A stretch of 64,000 nt of DNA from Bugula neritina (GCA_964035545.1 OZ037769.1:7545929-7609928); one strand, 5' to 3'. Positions 24,401-38,762 are shown, counted from the first letter of the stretch. Notes: generated from the letters alone by a model not told the origin. Numbers and translations are program-made.

Positions 24401-27400
24401 GAAAATTCTAAATAAGTGACAACACAGGGCAATTTTTATACCTGCCAAACTTGGGCTTTTGTTGGTTCACTTACAGTATTTTTGTACAGACCAACATGTT
24501 CCACTTATGTTTACATAACTTGATGCTTGTTGGTACATGTCTATTTCAGAAAGAATGATATATATTATATAAATTTATATTATTTTATATTATTTATATT
24601 AACATTGCTAGTTCAAATGAAGTCTGCTCTAATATTTTACATAAATAGCTCAAAAAACACTTGCTAGTTTGTAGAAGTACAAGTGGATGGTATATATACT
24701 TCTCACGTCTGTTTAAACATCTTCAGATATACATATTACAAATCTGCTTGCTTTTGTTAAAAAGTTCAAAAAGATCGTCAGCTGGGCTTCTTATACCACA
24801 CAGCATTACTGTGACTATACCATAGCACTTGTTACCACACAACATTACTGTGACTATACCATAGCACTTGTTACCGCACAATATTACTGTGACTATACCA
24901 TAGCACTTGTTACCACACAACATTACTGTTACTATACCATAGCACTTGTTACCACACAACATTACTGTTACTATACCATAGCACTTGTTACCACACAATG
25001 TTACTGTGACTATACCATAGCACTTGTTACCACACAACATTACTGTGACTATACCATAGCACTTGTTACCACACAACATTACTGTGACTATACCATAGCA
25101 CTTGTTACCACACAACATTACTGTGACTATATCATAGCACTTGTTACCACACAACAATATTATTGGAGCTGCATGGAGGTTGAGAAGCCATGTACACCTC
25201 CTATATATGCTAGTAAAACCTAATATTGGGCTAGTATAAAGAATTCTTAGGCTCAGAAAGTATAACTATAAAGTTGCGAAGTTTCAAGCGAAAAACGGGC
25301 CTAAAAATGAACAACTTTCACATACCAGTCATAAACGCATAAGAAATATTTGCTTACGCTGAATAGAATAATGTACATGCTACACATTGTGTTGTAGTCA
25401 GTTATCAGGTGAACTGTACAAGGTTCCTAGTCTAGGTCTTGAGAGATGGCAAATAATTGAAAAGATTTTTAATAACGATAGCAATAAAATTAATAAATAT
25501 AACTGTTACATTCCTACTACAACTGGCTGTGATTCAGAAAAATAATTTGGCAAGTTTGCTTTAGCTAAAACTAAAAATTAACTTCTAGCTAACTTTTTGC
25601 AAAAACTTTAAAACTAACCATAATGCTTTTACTCTCGTTTTAGTTGAAGTTGCAAAAGAGAAGATGGAGTAACAATGGAAGGGCCAGATAGAGTTAGAGA
25701 GCTTAACAAATATACCAGCTCTAGAGTAACAAAATGGGGTAGATATATCAGCTCTACAGTAGTACAAGGGGTGGATATATCAGCTCTACAGTAGCAACAG
25801 GTGTGTAATATTCCAAACCTGATTTCATTGCGGGAGAAAATGGAACATATGGAAGTCCAGGAAGATCTTCATCTTTAAGTAAAATTGCTTTTCTAGTGAA
25901 GTCAGGATTGCAACCTGGTGGAAGACAAACATAAATTTGCAAGATGCTACAATCAACTTGTAGATATCTGACTATATATCATTGAGTTAGCATGTATTAA
26001 TTTGCTTCTATGGGAAAACTATCATGAACAGCTTATGCACTGAGCACAAAATTACAGAAATGATGCATCAACTTGTTTGTTCCGAGTGGCATGTGGTGAT
26101 AGGCTAACAGTGTAGCTTTGTGTGAGTTCATGTGGGTACTGGGTATGTATCAATATGGGTAGGTGTGGGTGCATGTTGGTAGTTTAGATATATATATGAG
26201 CATATGTGGTATATATAGATATATATAGATATATATAGATATATATAGATATAATGTATATAAATATATGTGGGTATATGTGGTTATAAATGGACATGAT
26301 TATGTAGATGCATTTAGGTGTATGTGGATATACCTGAGTATAGGCCAGTCTAGATGGACATATGTAGCTATTTGTGGGTGCATATAATTTGTATATGTTT
26401 GCATATATATGTGGGTACATGTGGGTATATGTGGGTACATGTAGGTATATGTGGGTTATATATGTGGGTATATGTGAGTATATGTGAGTATATGTTGGTA
26501 TATGTGGGTACATGTGGGTATATGTAGGTATATGTAGGTACATGTAGGTATATGTGAGTATATGTGGGTATATGTGGGTACACGTAGGTACATGTAAGTA
26601 CATGTGGGTACATGTAGATATATGTGGTATATATGTATAATATTATTGAAAGAACTGGTATATAAAATACTCAATTGTACAAGACTCACTAGAACTAGAA
26701 GGAGGTATAAAGCTACAGTAAGGCATCCCCGGTACATCCTCGTCTCTCAGTAACTCTTTTCTTGAATTCTTCTGGCAGTTTGTATCTAGTCAAATAAACT
26801 GCAGTGATTACTATACAACATACTCAAACTTAAGATCAACTGTTTCATCATACATGATGTATTTCATAGTATATATGAATAAAACTTATAGCATGATATA
26901 TCAGTAAAATGTGTATGATAAACCTAATGGACCTGAAGCCATTTATTATAAGGCATAAGCAAACATTAGACAAAATATCTACAGATCGTCATCTTTGTAA
27001 CTGTGCTTTTGGCTAGTAAACAGTAAATATTAAAACATATATAAGCTAATAGAGTAGTTATTACATCTATTAATGTTGTGAATGAGAAGTTAACTTTATA
27101 ATGTGAACTGAGAGGTATAATGATAATATGGACAAATACATAGCCTGTCCCGCTGGTGTTATAGCATTAAATTGTAGTGTTTGTATTACAGCTTGTATAT
27201 GTTATAGCATGCAGTGTTGAAGCTATAGCATATTATATATATAAGGATGTGCTTATAGAAAAATATATTTAGGAAAAATTCAACATAGAAGTTATGTGAT
27301 CAAAGCTGCAGTAACACACAAATAAACACACAACTATAGCATACAGACCAACTCGAGGAAATTATCATATAATACATGTTGGAAATTTACCGAGTAGTCT

Positions 27401-29354
27401 AGGATTAGGTGTACACACTTCAGCTCTACTAAAGTATAGAGTTATCCTCACCTGGGTTTGTCATATATTCAGTTGCAGGACAAGCGAGTCTTTCTTTCAA
27501 CAGTTTTGTCAATTCTTCTATGGGAATGTTAGCTAGCTGCTCCTACAGGCAACATGTAACAATTACACCATCAACTTATTCATATAATTTAGTCTAAGTT
27601 GATCATATAATACCGCATTAAGTACTGATGAGGAGACAAATCCTTAAACAGTTGCTGTACAGAGGTTTAGTCATAATGTCAAGCTCAGAAATGGGTATTT
27701 TGGGCACCTTAACTATGGCTAATAACTCAAGCTGTCGAGCACTAGGCAAGGCCAATAACTCCTAGATTTGCATGCGCACTTTAACTTAAATTAACTGATG
27801 AAAAAAAACTCGCGCAAGTTTATAGTCACCATCACTGTAAGAAAACCCTTGATGGAAAAGATTTTTGTTAAATCGGGCTAAGGACTTGTTCAGATGGGGC
27901 ACAGGAGCAATTATGACTGAATGCTCTTCCTAACATCACCAATGGCCTTTGTCTGGCTCAAACTCATGACTTTGTGCTTACTAGGCAAACGCTCTAACCT
28001 CTAGACCACAGCTGCTCCCTGTATAGCCCATGATAGCCAAAGATAAACTATTATATGTAAAAGAAACCTACCTTAGACAAATGTTTGCATCCTGTGCCAT
28101 TCACAGCCAGAGTTTCAGGCATTCTGTCAATAGATTTGTATAGATAATAGAAAATCCAATCTATAGGTACAATCTATAGGTACAGGTCAGGAAATTAATG
28201 TTATCTTATATAAACTCTAAGCTGATGTTGTATTATTTTAAAACCAGCATTTAGCAAGACATAAAAAGCTGTTCATATTTAAAAACCTTATTATATAAAC
28301 ATCACAATAAATTTAACAACTTTCTAGATCAGTGGATCTAAATCTTTTTCTTTTAGCGATCAAAAATATTAACTTTTTATTGAATTACTGTTTCGTGTGA
28401 TGAATAACATGTGCTACACTTTCTAGTTTAGTTTACACAAAAGTTCCAAATTAGATTTTTCAACTCATGAATGCATGGTGTATAAGTCATTTTATTTTCT
28501 GCAAGAGAGGAAAACTACAGTAGCTTGTGGCCTACCTTTTACTTGTTTCACACGGAGAATAGGCTGGGACAGGTGAAGACTTCGAACAGGGTTCGCACGT
28601 TTTCTGCAAATAACAAGTGAATCACAAGTTAACACATTTGTTTGCAAACCTATTAGCTGTCTAAAATAATAACTAATTAAAACATAATATAAATAATCAA
28701 ACACTGTTTTACCTATTTACTAATTTTTAAATTTATACTCCATGCCCATTTCATTCATGTGAACTTATGCAGCAATACACCACAATCCTAATCATATAAT
28801 TATTCTATATTATTAAATAATATTTTATTGATAAACATTTTGGTATATACAGAAATTACTCCTACAATTATGAAAACCGTGCAATTCTGATGATCTTGAG
28901 TTTAGTTGAAGCAAACAGAAATATCATAGCTAGTGCTCCTTGGCTCCTTAAACATTATAAATCACGTTGCTTTAATCAGCTTACCTCGTTCACATGAACC
29001 TCAGTAAACAGATTGAAGGAATTGGCAGCGGCGAGAGAGTGTAGTGAGTTGGGTGGTGGGGGTTGGCAGGGAAAGGATTGTATGGACACAGGGGTTCCAG
29101 AGGTAGAGGGTGTGCTGCAATATTAATACAATGTGTATTTTTGCCTTATGAGTAAGTTTAGATTACAGTTGTTATTTAGTAAAGTGTAAGTATGCACAAA
29201 CGCACACTCATGTACACACTCTCGCACACACACGCACACACACGCACACACACGCACACACACGCGCACACACGCACACACGCACACACACGCACACACA
29301 CACACACACACACGCACACACACACGCACACACACACACGCGCGCACACACACA

Positions 29355-29411
<57 letters not shown>

Positions 29412-32400
29412 GCACACACACGCACACACACGCACACACTCTCTTGCACACACACGCACACACACACACGCACACACTCTCTTGCACACTCGCAGATATA
29501 CAGAACACACCAACATATTTAAGCTGATAAGCAAGCTTTGTGAAACGCAGCTTATGAAATTTTGTATAGTCGTAGCTCGGATTATCATTAAATATACGTC
29601 TGTATTGACTAATACCTTTGATGTCCACATGGTGATAGGAAAGAATCCATCTTCGTACCTGTAGCTTTCTGGGGAGTCTGAAGTCTATGAATACCAAAAG
29701 CAATGCATAATTTTAATTATGACTGTTTGAGGTAACAAATAATACTGAATTTCTAATTTTATTTCCATATTTCTATATTTCTAATCATAAATACTTTTAT
29801 AAAGATAATACAATATGAATATATGAAAAAAATTATTTGCTAACTGTAAAAGATCAAAGGTTAGAATAATGGACAACAAGCACAGCTTCTGAAAGCTTTT
29901 TACGATTAATTTATGCTCCCATAAGCAATATAAATTTTAATTTTACAACAATACAATTTAGTAGTATCCAATCCATGTCATAAATAAAATCTAACATCTT
30001 AGCTTAAAAACTTCTGCTATCAACAAGTCTTCAGGAAATGAATGACAAATGCTATGAAGAAACAATAAACTATTCACTGAGTTAAAGAGTGCATGCAAAG
30101 CTAATTTATTTCAAAATAATTAGGCACTGTCGCATATTATTAGGCATTAATTTATATGCTTTTGATTTAGAACAAATAATTTTCAACTACTTTAGTAGGA
30201 AAATAATACTAACTGTGTTTTAGGAGAATGTTGCGCTTCTTCGCAATTGTGTTGATTTTTCCCAGTTCTAAGAGGTATTTGGAAACAATCCTGTTCGTGT
30301 TGTTCTGTTTGTTTCTGGCAACTTGACTTTGCTTTTTCAAATTGTGACAAAGAAAGTGAAATATTGTGAGATTCCTCTGATGTTCCCTGTTGGTTTGTAT
30401 AACCACAAGCCTTCAACCGTTGACACTTAGCAGGCTGCTGCGGTAACTTCTTACATAACTGAAGACATTCTTGCTCATACTGCCTCTCTTGTCTTGCTAA
30501 ATCCATATTTACTTTTTCAAGTTGTGTTAGTGGAGTTAAAGCTTTGGGCTGCTGTGCCATTGGACAACAGTTCCCGGTTTGCTGATTTTCTGGTTTTCCC
30601 AAATCTGTCTTCGCTTTTTCAAGTTCTTTTTGTTGAATTAGTATTTTGTGAGAGTTTTTCGTTTTGCTCTTCGGATTTGTCCAACTGCTATGTATAACTT
30701 CCAGTGCATCAGCTTTCGCTCGCTCCACGGACTCATCAAACGCAGTTTCTATCTGCTGCTTTTTGAAGTCGGCTTCTTTGTTAATCCGCCTCATCACCGC
30801 ATCGACGGTCTTTTGAATCTTCTCATCTTCTGCCTCTGTATCCACGGATGGCTCACCATAGCAATACGGTAGAAACCATTCACCATATACATATGGTATT
30901 CTAGACTTCAATCTCGCTTTCTCACTGCAAATAATTTTTTTTAATCAGAGAAATAATATTTTAAAATGAAAAAGGAAAACATGAGGAGTAGGTTTTCACT
31001 GCAACAAAAATAAAGTGTAACTAAGTGTCATCAATATTTATTTATCTGAACATCACCTGATTGGCCACATGCTAAGCACACAAGTTTGATGATACATCAT
31101 CAGTCTATTTACTAATCTATAAACCATAATTCAAAATATTCCCTGAATTTAAACATATTCATTTTGAAATCTTATACAATTAGATAAACATTAAAGGAGA
31201 GAGACATTTAATTATTGCTTTGAACAGCCATAAATTATCACAAATACTTCTTCCAGTTAATATGTAGTAGGCTATAATAAAAAAATCAACAATTTAACTG
31301 TTGTTGGGTAAGTGTAATAACATTAGTACAAAAATTCTCAATATTCATAAGTTTTTACAGCTACATGTTGATGAAAAATAGCAAGCTAAGAAGGTAGGTG
31401 CTGTAATGGGAAAAGCCTGGGTTCTATGAGATTAGAAATGTAGCAAAAGAAGTTATGTTCTTTCGAAAGTTTCAACCTGTGCCCCAAACCAAAAATTATT
31501 AAGAATATTAAAGAACCATCTCAATTTCTCCAATGATTGATTGCTGCTGCTTAAGAATTGAATAAACAATTCCAAAAAACTGGCATAAGAATCTAATCTT
31601 CACGGCAATCACTAAAATATATTTTATATAAGTATAATAAAAAATTTCACTTACTTTGATTTTTTAGATTTTTCATGACTGGTTTTATCAGGTGATGTTG
31701 TACTTTCAATCTTAAAGGTTTTGGGCAAAGTCATGACAGTTGCATCGTGTGCAAATATTTTACGTAATCTTTCGGGAGCCACAAGATCACTCGGTATTGA
31801 TTGAAAATCATCATAAATTGAAGAACCACGAGAGCGAGGTATTTTTTCCTTAGCACCAAACTCTCCTCCATTTTCATAAAACTGCAATTGATATTGGCCA
31901 GCAGAAGGCGGTAGATTCTTCAGTTCATAAGGCATAGAAAATCTTCCTCTTCCGTATGTAGACTGAGCACGCTGACGCTGCTCTTGCTTAGTCAGCATGT
32001 CTTGTTCGATTCGAGAGGAGTGACGACTTAAAACGGAAGATGCAGACTGGCCTCTCTTTCTCTCTTCGTTAGATGCAGAAGGTCGTTTGCTTGAAATGCC
32101 TGCATGGCTCTGTTCTTCTGCTACTTCTACAATGTCATTTATATTAGAGTGAAACTCTGAAATGTCCCTTCTGTCATAAGGATATGGTGATTGTCGTCTC
32201 GCATAAGTTTGTCTTCTGGCACATGGTGTAGAACCACCGCAGCCTGAAGCGAACCTAACCCTGCCCTCTGGTGAGCTGTTATCAGCTGCGTTCAACTTGA
32301 GTGGAGTGAATTCATCAACCTCCAGTGTATGGCCGCTAGGGTCAATATATTCGTAGCCATTCGAAGGGCGGGGCTTCTTTACTTGACCTTCACCTACCTG

Positions 32401-35400
32401 TGACTCAGCATTAGCACCCTCCCACTCACTAGGGGGAGTGTTTAGGTCAGAGGTCAACGCCTGCTTGTAATAACGAACTTGAATGTCCCGAGGAGTTAAA
32501 TATTTAGGCTGAACCTAAAAGAAAATGATGCTCTTGCAGTGATATGCAATACTAAAATTTGAAAGAAGTGCAACTTACTCTGAATGCAATACTATAACTA
32601 AAACTATCTATCAGATTAGGCTATTTAAGACATATATGACATATTTGTTAGATGCGTGCCACAGGCAACCATGCAGCTAGGTTCATGCATCATGAATGTA
32701 CATACATATTATATGCTCACAAAATGAATTTTTGTAATTGCAATAGTTGCTTGTTCATAGGGTGTACAATTAGTTTGTTTGCAACAGAAATGAGGCTGTC
32801 ATGACCCAGATTTTACAGCAGTAAAACATTTCAAACTATTGGCTCAAACTGCATCATACAAGGACACTTTTTCAAGACACAATAGCACTAGAATCAGAAT
32901 ACATATGTACAGTGATCATAGAATACACTGTAGCAATACAGTAACATCTATATACACAGGAGTGATACCCCTCTCCAGTACACATACAAACACATACAAA
33001 CACATGCAAAACAATCCTGCTTATGCAAACTCATAAGTTAGTAGCCTTTGACCAAGAAGTTATTTAGGTATCATGAGAGATGAAACATTATAATTACAAG
33101 TATACAATAACTAACTACCTGTCTGTAAGGGCCTGTGCCTGTAAGTGGTGATCCTGTTTCTTCTGTTTTTCTGAAAAATTACCACTATTCCGAATTAACA
33201 GCTCAGTGCATCCAAACTATAGCTAAGCTGTTATAACCATATATCAGGCTAAGTAGATGGAACTTAGTTACATTAGCACTATTTAAACTACTAAATAAAA
33301 TTTCTGCTCTTTTGGCAAATAATATATGAATACTAGACTCACCGATGAACCTCTGGTGGAGCAACTTTTCTGATTGGTTTGATATCAGGAAATGGAGTAG
33401 ACGAGGATTTTTCCAACTTGGGCTACAAGAATTTTTTTAGAAATTTTAAATGTATTTATTATAACTTATTTTTCTTAGTCGTTTTCCAGAAATTGATGAA
33501 GATACAGTAATAAGAGAATTATAGTAAAGGAAGTTATCTTCTCACAATAACTTCAACTTTCACAAATGAAGACCATGTCTTCATTTTGACTTTACATCAT
33601 ATCCAAAGTATTAAAGTTCTTGATAAGCCGAAAGTTGCTTTTGAAAAACTATTGGTGAGCTAAGTCTGAATTATAGTCAGCGAGTAACGTTATGAAGTAG
33701 GCAGGGGTACGCTGTAACCCAATCCAGACTTGTTCCGGCAAACATTCAAAGAAAAAACTATGCTTTTGAATTAAAATGGTTGCCGGTAAATTTAAATTTA
33801 AAGCCAGTGCTTAAAAACCTTGACTAAGCAGAATATCATCAACTTTGTATATTATAATGTGCAACAGTCAGATCTCAAGATCCCACAGTGGAGAGAGGCT
33901 ACGTAACTCATACCAATTTGGTGGGCTCTTCCTCAATCTCGTCATCCTCCCACGGCTGCCATGCTGGTTGTATAGCTTTGGTATGCACCAGCTTGGCTGG
34001 CAGCCCACTTGAAATGTCTGCCTTTACACATCCTCCTGGTGACTGAGTGACTTTAGAGTACAAAGGAGATGTGCTAAAATATATTATAAATTTTTTTTAC
34101 AAAAAATGAACTTAGCAGTGATTATTTAAGGAACGAGAACTCTTTTACAATAAATGCTAGGCAATAATACCAAGAAGAATTAATTTACAAAACTATTTTA
34201 CTTTCATCAACTAAAAAACAAAAAATTAGATTATGAAAATATTGATTCTCAGGAGTAAGATTTTAGCAGCAATAGTAGTTTTCTATCCTTGAGTGAAAGC
34301 AGTTGCATATTATCTATCCTAGACTCTCACTTATTAATTAGAGTCAGGAAAATAATTGCACACTTTCACACACCTTTGCCAAGTTTCTAGACTAATTTTT
34401 CTATACTAAGTTTTCCTATACCAATTTCTACCCATTCCACAAAGATAAGTTCATATATATAACATATAAACTCTAAAACTGTAAAAGCTACTGTAATAGA
34501 CCCTTTTTAGAGGTCCTCAATATCTCCTTTACAATTAAGAGTTGTGTCCTCTCAAAGTGAATAGGTTGAACTTTTGTATAAAAAGCAAATTCATTAAAAA
34601 TTTAAAGTTTGACTGCTACTTAAAATTCTAATTATGCTATAGAGTTGTTTTTTAGGAGATAGATATTTTGGTATAAGCACAAATACTAGCAGTTCAAAAA
34701 AGGTTTTAAAAATATTTCTTCATGGATAATTTTGAAGAAAATAAACTTGGAAGCATTATTGTGGTTTAGGTTCCTGAGCAATGCTAAAGTGGCATTTCAG
34801 CATTGCCCAGTAACAAAACCCACAAGAATGATTTCAAGTTTATTTTGCTCAACAATTTTAATTTTGGGAAGACACAACTCTTAATTGTAAGGGGGACATT
34901 GGCGACATCTGAAAAAGGTCTATTGGGTCACATGCCGCATGCTACTTGCACTTATATTATACATAAATTGGGTACTTTTCGAACCAGTTTTCTCTTGAGC
35001 ACAGGTGTCTTCATCAAGAGAACTTACCTTTGATCAAATACCTCTACTTGAGCAACATCCACCAATGGCTCGTTAGCTGGTAATTCCACATAGAAATCTT
35101 CGTACTCACCATTCTTCAACTGAACCACAATTCAAACATTACTCATTGCATATGCGATAAACATATTCAAGTGAAAATATTTTATGAATGTATAGCAGCG
35201 TATTCAAATATTAAATTGGTAGTTGCTATGCATAATAATTGTTGATCAAAATATAGCATCGCTCCTGATGAATTCATAGATATATAAATGTCGATGCAGA
35301 AAATTTTATACCTATTTTTTTATTTTTAAATGATAAAGAAGTGATGGATCAGTGGCCAGCAGCACAAACCTGAGCCCCAGCAGATTTTAGTGTGAGTTGA

Positions 35401-36089
35401 TCCAGTAAGCTTCCTGCCGCAGCCTCCTTTGCACCCTGTGATGCTGTTCTTGCTGTCGGTACTACAAGAATAGTAGGGATGTGGTATGGGATTGGAATAG
35501 ATAAATTTATTTCAAATTCGATAATTATTCATGATAAAACAGAAGCCCAGAAAACAGCATGGAACTACAACAAATACATACAAAGTTCCACACTGTAATA
35601 CCAATACATCAAGGTCTAATTCTAGCTGTAATACCACAAATACATACAAGGTCTTGCACTGTAATACCACAAATACATACAAGGTCTTACACTGTAATAC
35701 AAATACAATCTAGGTCTTACACTGTAATACAAATACATACTAGGTCTTACACTGTAATACCACAAATACATACTAGGTCTCATATTAGGAAATGCTCTTG
35801 CTGAAGGAGAAGGACTTTGGCGTCCAAGACGAGCCATTGGCGGTACACTAGTTCCACGCTCTTGCATTTCAACTACTTCCTCTTCACTTTCGGAATTATC
35901 CGTAGTATAGCCATTGCTGGAAGCTGATTTGTGCCTCGGTTGCCTGCTGCAATTCGTTCTATCCCTTCGACTCCTGTTACCATCTTGAGGCCTGTTCACT
36001 TTTACAGACCAAACTTTGTTGGACACCTCCGTGGGCCGGTAAGAAGGGGTTTGAGTACGAGACTCACCATCAGTACCAAGTTGGTACAT
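21441..36089 (-). CDS. Large multi-exon gene of unknown function (the portion below ~29 kb may be a second gene)
   Basis: Kozak-like GCCACAATG at 36089. GT-AG exons can be joined in frame: ~36089-35775, 35461-35370, 35120-35028, ~34050-33914, 33423-33343, 33171-33119, 32514-31655, 30925-30214, ~29683-29615, 29115-28986. Further exon-like blocks lie at 28.5, 28.1, 27.5, 26.7, 25.9, 24.2, 23.9, 23.2, 22.9, 22.3 and 21.5 kb but were not all phase-resolved. Confidence 0.65.
21988..22196 (-). mobile_element. tRNA-derived SINE, copy 1
   Basis: ~210-bp dispersed repeat. The minus-strand 5' end has an A-box-like GGTCTAGGGGTTAGAGCG and a B-box-like GGGTT(C/TG)AGCC. Confidence 0.8.
22670..22895. repeat. 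~20-24-bp minisatellite CTCTCAGTCTATATAATGTATTG
   Basis: Direct inspection. Confidence 0.9.
23338..23550 (-). mobile_element. tRNA-derived SINE, copy 2
   Basis: Full-length match to copy 1. Confidence 0.8.
24795..25157. repeat. 39-bp minisatellite, ~9 copies
   Basis: CATTACTGTGACTATACCATAGCACTTGTTACCACACAA repeated head-to-tail without spacers. Confidence 0.95.
25690..25800. repeat. ~32-bp degenerate tandem repeat at an exon end
   Basis: gatatatcagctctacagtag... units, ~3 copies. Confidence 0.65.
26130..26640. repeat. 10-mer TATGTGGGTA-type minisatellite
   Basis: Direct inspection. Confidence 0.92.
27808..28020 (-). mobile_element. tRNA-derived SINE, copy 3
   Basis: Full-length match to copy 1. 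Confidence 0.8.
29195..29492. repeat. (CA)n/(CG)-interrupted microsatellite
   Basis: Direct inspection. Confidence 0.97.
35565..35782. repeat. ~30-33-bp minisatellite overlapping a splice donor
   Basis: CTGTAATAC(CAC)AAATACATACWAGGTCTTACA units. Confidence 0.9.
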
Positions 36090-36524
36090 TGTGGCTCAAA
36101 GTATTTTATTAAGAAATTGCTCAAATATTAAGTTGGTATGTGAAGCATGTTTGGTATTCATTTTTTAATGAGAACAATTATTATAATGTTATAATATTGT
36201 TTTAATTTGAAATGTCATTGTAATTATTATACTAATACTCTATGAAAGCATCACCGCCTCATTTAGTTTATATACTAAACTTCTAAAAATTATTTCTTCA
36301 AATGCTTTGAGCTGAGAGATAAACTATTTTCACTTGTTTTGTATTTAGGACAGGCAGGGTGAACGGTCATTGACAGTTCTAGGTGTAGCAGATGGTATAC
36401 TTGTTGTTGTAACAACAACAAAATCAGCTTAGAAAGGAAAGGAATATTGCATAAAAATGCTTAACAATATATTATACCTTGGCAACAGAGCATGTTCTGA
36501 TACCGGAGGTTTCTATGTTTTTTA

Positions 36525-36937
36525 GCCTAGGGCCACACTGTGCGTATTTTCGCATGCAAAAATTTAGGCCGCGAGTAGCAAAGGTGTCCACTGTATGCAT
36601 TGAGAAAACATTCGCACTTGTCGCTCAGCATTCTGAACGCAAATGCGAATTGTCTCTGTCGTCGTCACCTAATTGGCTGGTAGTTATTTAGCGAGCCCAA
36701 TTATTTTATTTTAGTGCTACATTCCAGTAAATTGCGTTTTATTGAAAGCGAGTGCAATTTAAAAATGAAAACTTCATTTATCCCGCACTTGTAGCCATAG
36801 CAACAAGGCGAGCAGTAAAGTTAAACACAAATATTATTAGCTAGTAGTTTTCCGATCTCACTGACGCTACAGTGGACACCTTTACTACTTGTGTTTTAAT
36901 TTTCGCATGCGAAAATACGCACAGTGTGGCCCTAGGC
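36525..36937. mobile_element. MITE with ~38-bp TIRs, flanked by TA
   Basis: GCCTAGGGCCACACTGTGCGTATTTTCGCATGC ... GCATGCGAAAATACGCACAGTGTGGCCCTAGGC. Confidence 0.88.
36791..36804. promoter_or_regulatory. RFX X-box-like motif
   Basis: GTAGCCATAGCAAC versus consensus GTTGCCATGGCAAC. Confidence 0.4.
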
Positions 36938-37229
36938 TAACTGTTGCCAGTACGTCCTTAACCTGATTTAACAAAAACCTCTTTCCAAGTTTTTATAAAG
37001 GGTTTCTTACAGGGATGGCGACTATAAACTTGCATGATTATGTACGAGCTAAGAACACTTTAACATACGGGTTACAATCAATATTGGTGGAGTCCCTCAA
37101 GAAGCTCTCTACTTTGATTACATTGATTACAGCTGATTGGTCTGTCAGTTGTAGACGAGAAATAACTTCACCTCTTCAAGAGGTTACTTTGTGTGTCTCT
37201 TCGCTGTTCACAGAAATTAAATAACAACT

Positions 37230-37442
37230 GGTGCAAGTTTATAGTTGCCATCCCTATGAGAAAGCTCTTGATGGAAAGGGTTTATGTAAAATTGGGCTAA
37301 GGACTTATTCACATAGGGCACAGAAGCAATTATGACTGCATGGATGCTCCTCCTAGCATCATCGATGGTCTTTGTTGGGGCTCAAACCCATGACTTCATG
37401 CTTACTAGGCAGTTGCTTTAACCCCTAGACATGGCCGCTCCC
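37230..37442 (-). mobile_element. tRNA-derived SINE, copy 4
   Basis: Full-length match, more diverged. Confidence 0.78.
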
Positions 37443-38687
37443 GCTCAGGTAAATCAAATCGTCTTCCAAAAACACTTGTCGATAAATGTATTAAACAAAA
37501 TTAAAACAATAAAATAAAGTGAATTTTAGCCTTAACAACATTTCTGTAAAACAAAATGTTTCCAATATACAAAAATTATGTAGTTATAATGTAATAATAA
37601 ACTTAGTAGGCAATATCCGTTGATTTCAGTCTTGCATTCATATGCTTGTGTGCTTATTGTGTATGATTCATGTAAAAATAGAAAAATTACCATCAATAAC
37701 ACTTTTTAAATGCATTTTGTTCAGTATGTGAAGTAGAGCTGGCCATTCAGTCAAAGTTATGTTAAGTTGGAATAGTAATTTCATCCAAATAAACAATAAC
37801 TTTTGGTGACACTTACATAACCTTCTACTATGCCATGTGCTCAATTGCTTTAATATTATCACACAGGTTAAATTCTAACTCTAACATAATACACGAGGGG
37901 CATTATCAGGAGCAGAAAACTCACAGTTTCAGTATAAAGACTAGATGGAGAAGATCTCCTTCTTAAATAGATTCAGTAGACTGTTGACTTTCTGGCATAA
38001 ATATTTATGAGATTATTTGATGAGTTGCAGTGTTTTTGTAGTCAGAGACAAATTCCGACTTACAGTAGAATTCACTCCATCAATTTGATACAATTATATT
38101 AAATTTATTGGAAAAGAATTAGTTTAATCTATATTATTAATACCGTAAATATTGGTCGAACAATTTTCAAAACACAACAGAAGCAAAATTTCTTGCCTAT
38201 AATTTTTATTCTAATAATATCTACATTAAAATAGAAAATAACCATTGCAATAGCAAATTTGAGTTTAGTTAAAGATTTTTTATACATCACCTATTAGTTT
38301 CCATGTATTGCATGTATTAGGTTAAAATTACAACTTTCGTATCTATAATTGATAATTTCGACATCGAATTATATTGTTATAGCATCACGTTAACCATATC
38401 ATTGTAAAGTTATGTATTAGAAATTCAGATTTTTAAACCCACATTTCAGATTGACACAGTTATGAGTTTTCTTACCTTTGCTTTCGTTGCATGCAGAACC
38501 ATCTCGTCATCACAACTTTTAGATAAACCAGTTTGAATAATTCGACAAGATTTTCTAGCTGTCATTTGAATAAAGAACTCGAAGGCACTGAGGCTATGGT
38601 TATGAGCCCCGCTGTTCGAGTTATAGAATCTGGGGTTACGCTACTTTTACTTGCAGAGAGCATTCCCTTGTAGCCAAATTTAAGTTC

Positions 38688-38692
<5 letters not shown>

Positions 38693-38756
<64 letters not shown>
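38693..38756. repeat. (TA)n microsatellite
   Basis: Direct inspection. Confidence 0.97.

Positions 38757-38762
<6 letters not shown>

Noticed and set aside
24795-25157. CRISPR-like array of 39-bp repeats
   Set aside because: Units are head-to-tail without unique spacers, there are no cas genes, and the context is a eukaryotic intron.
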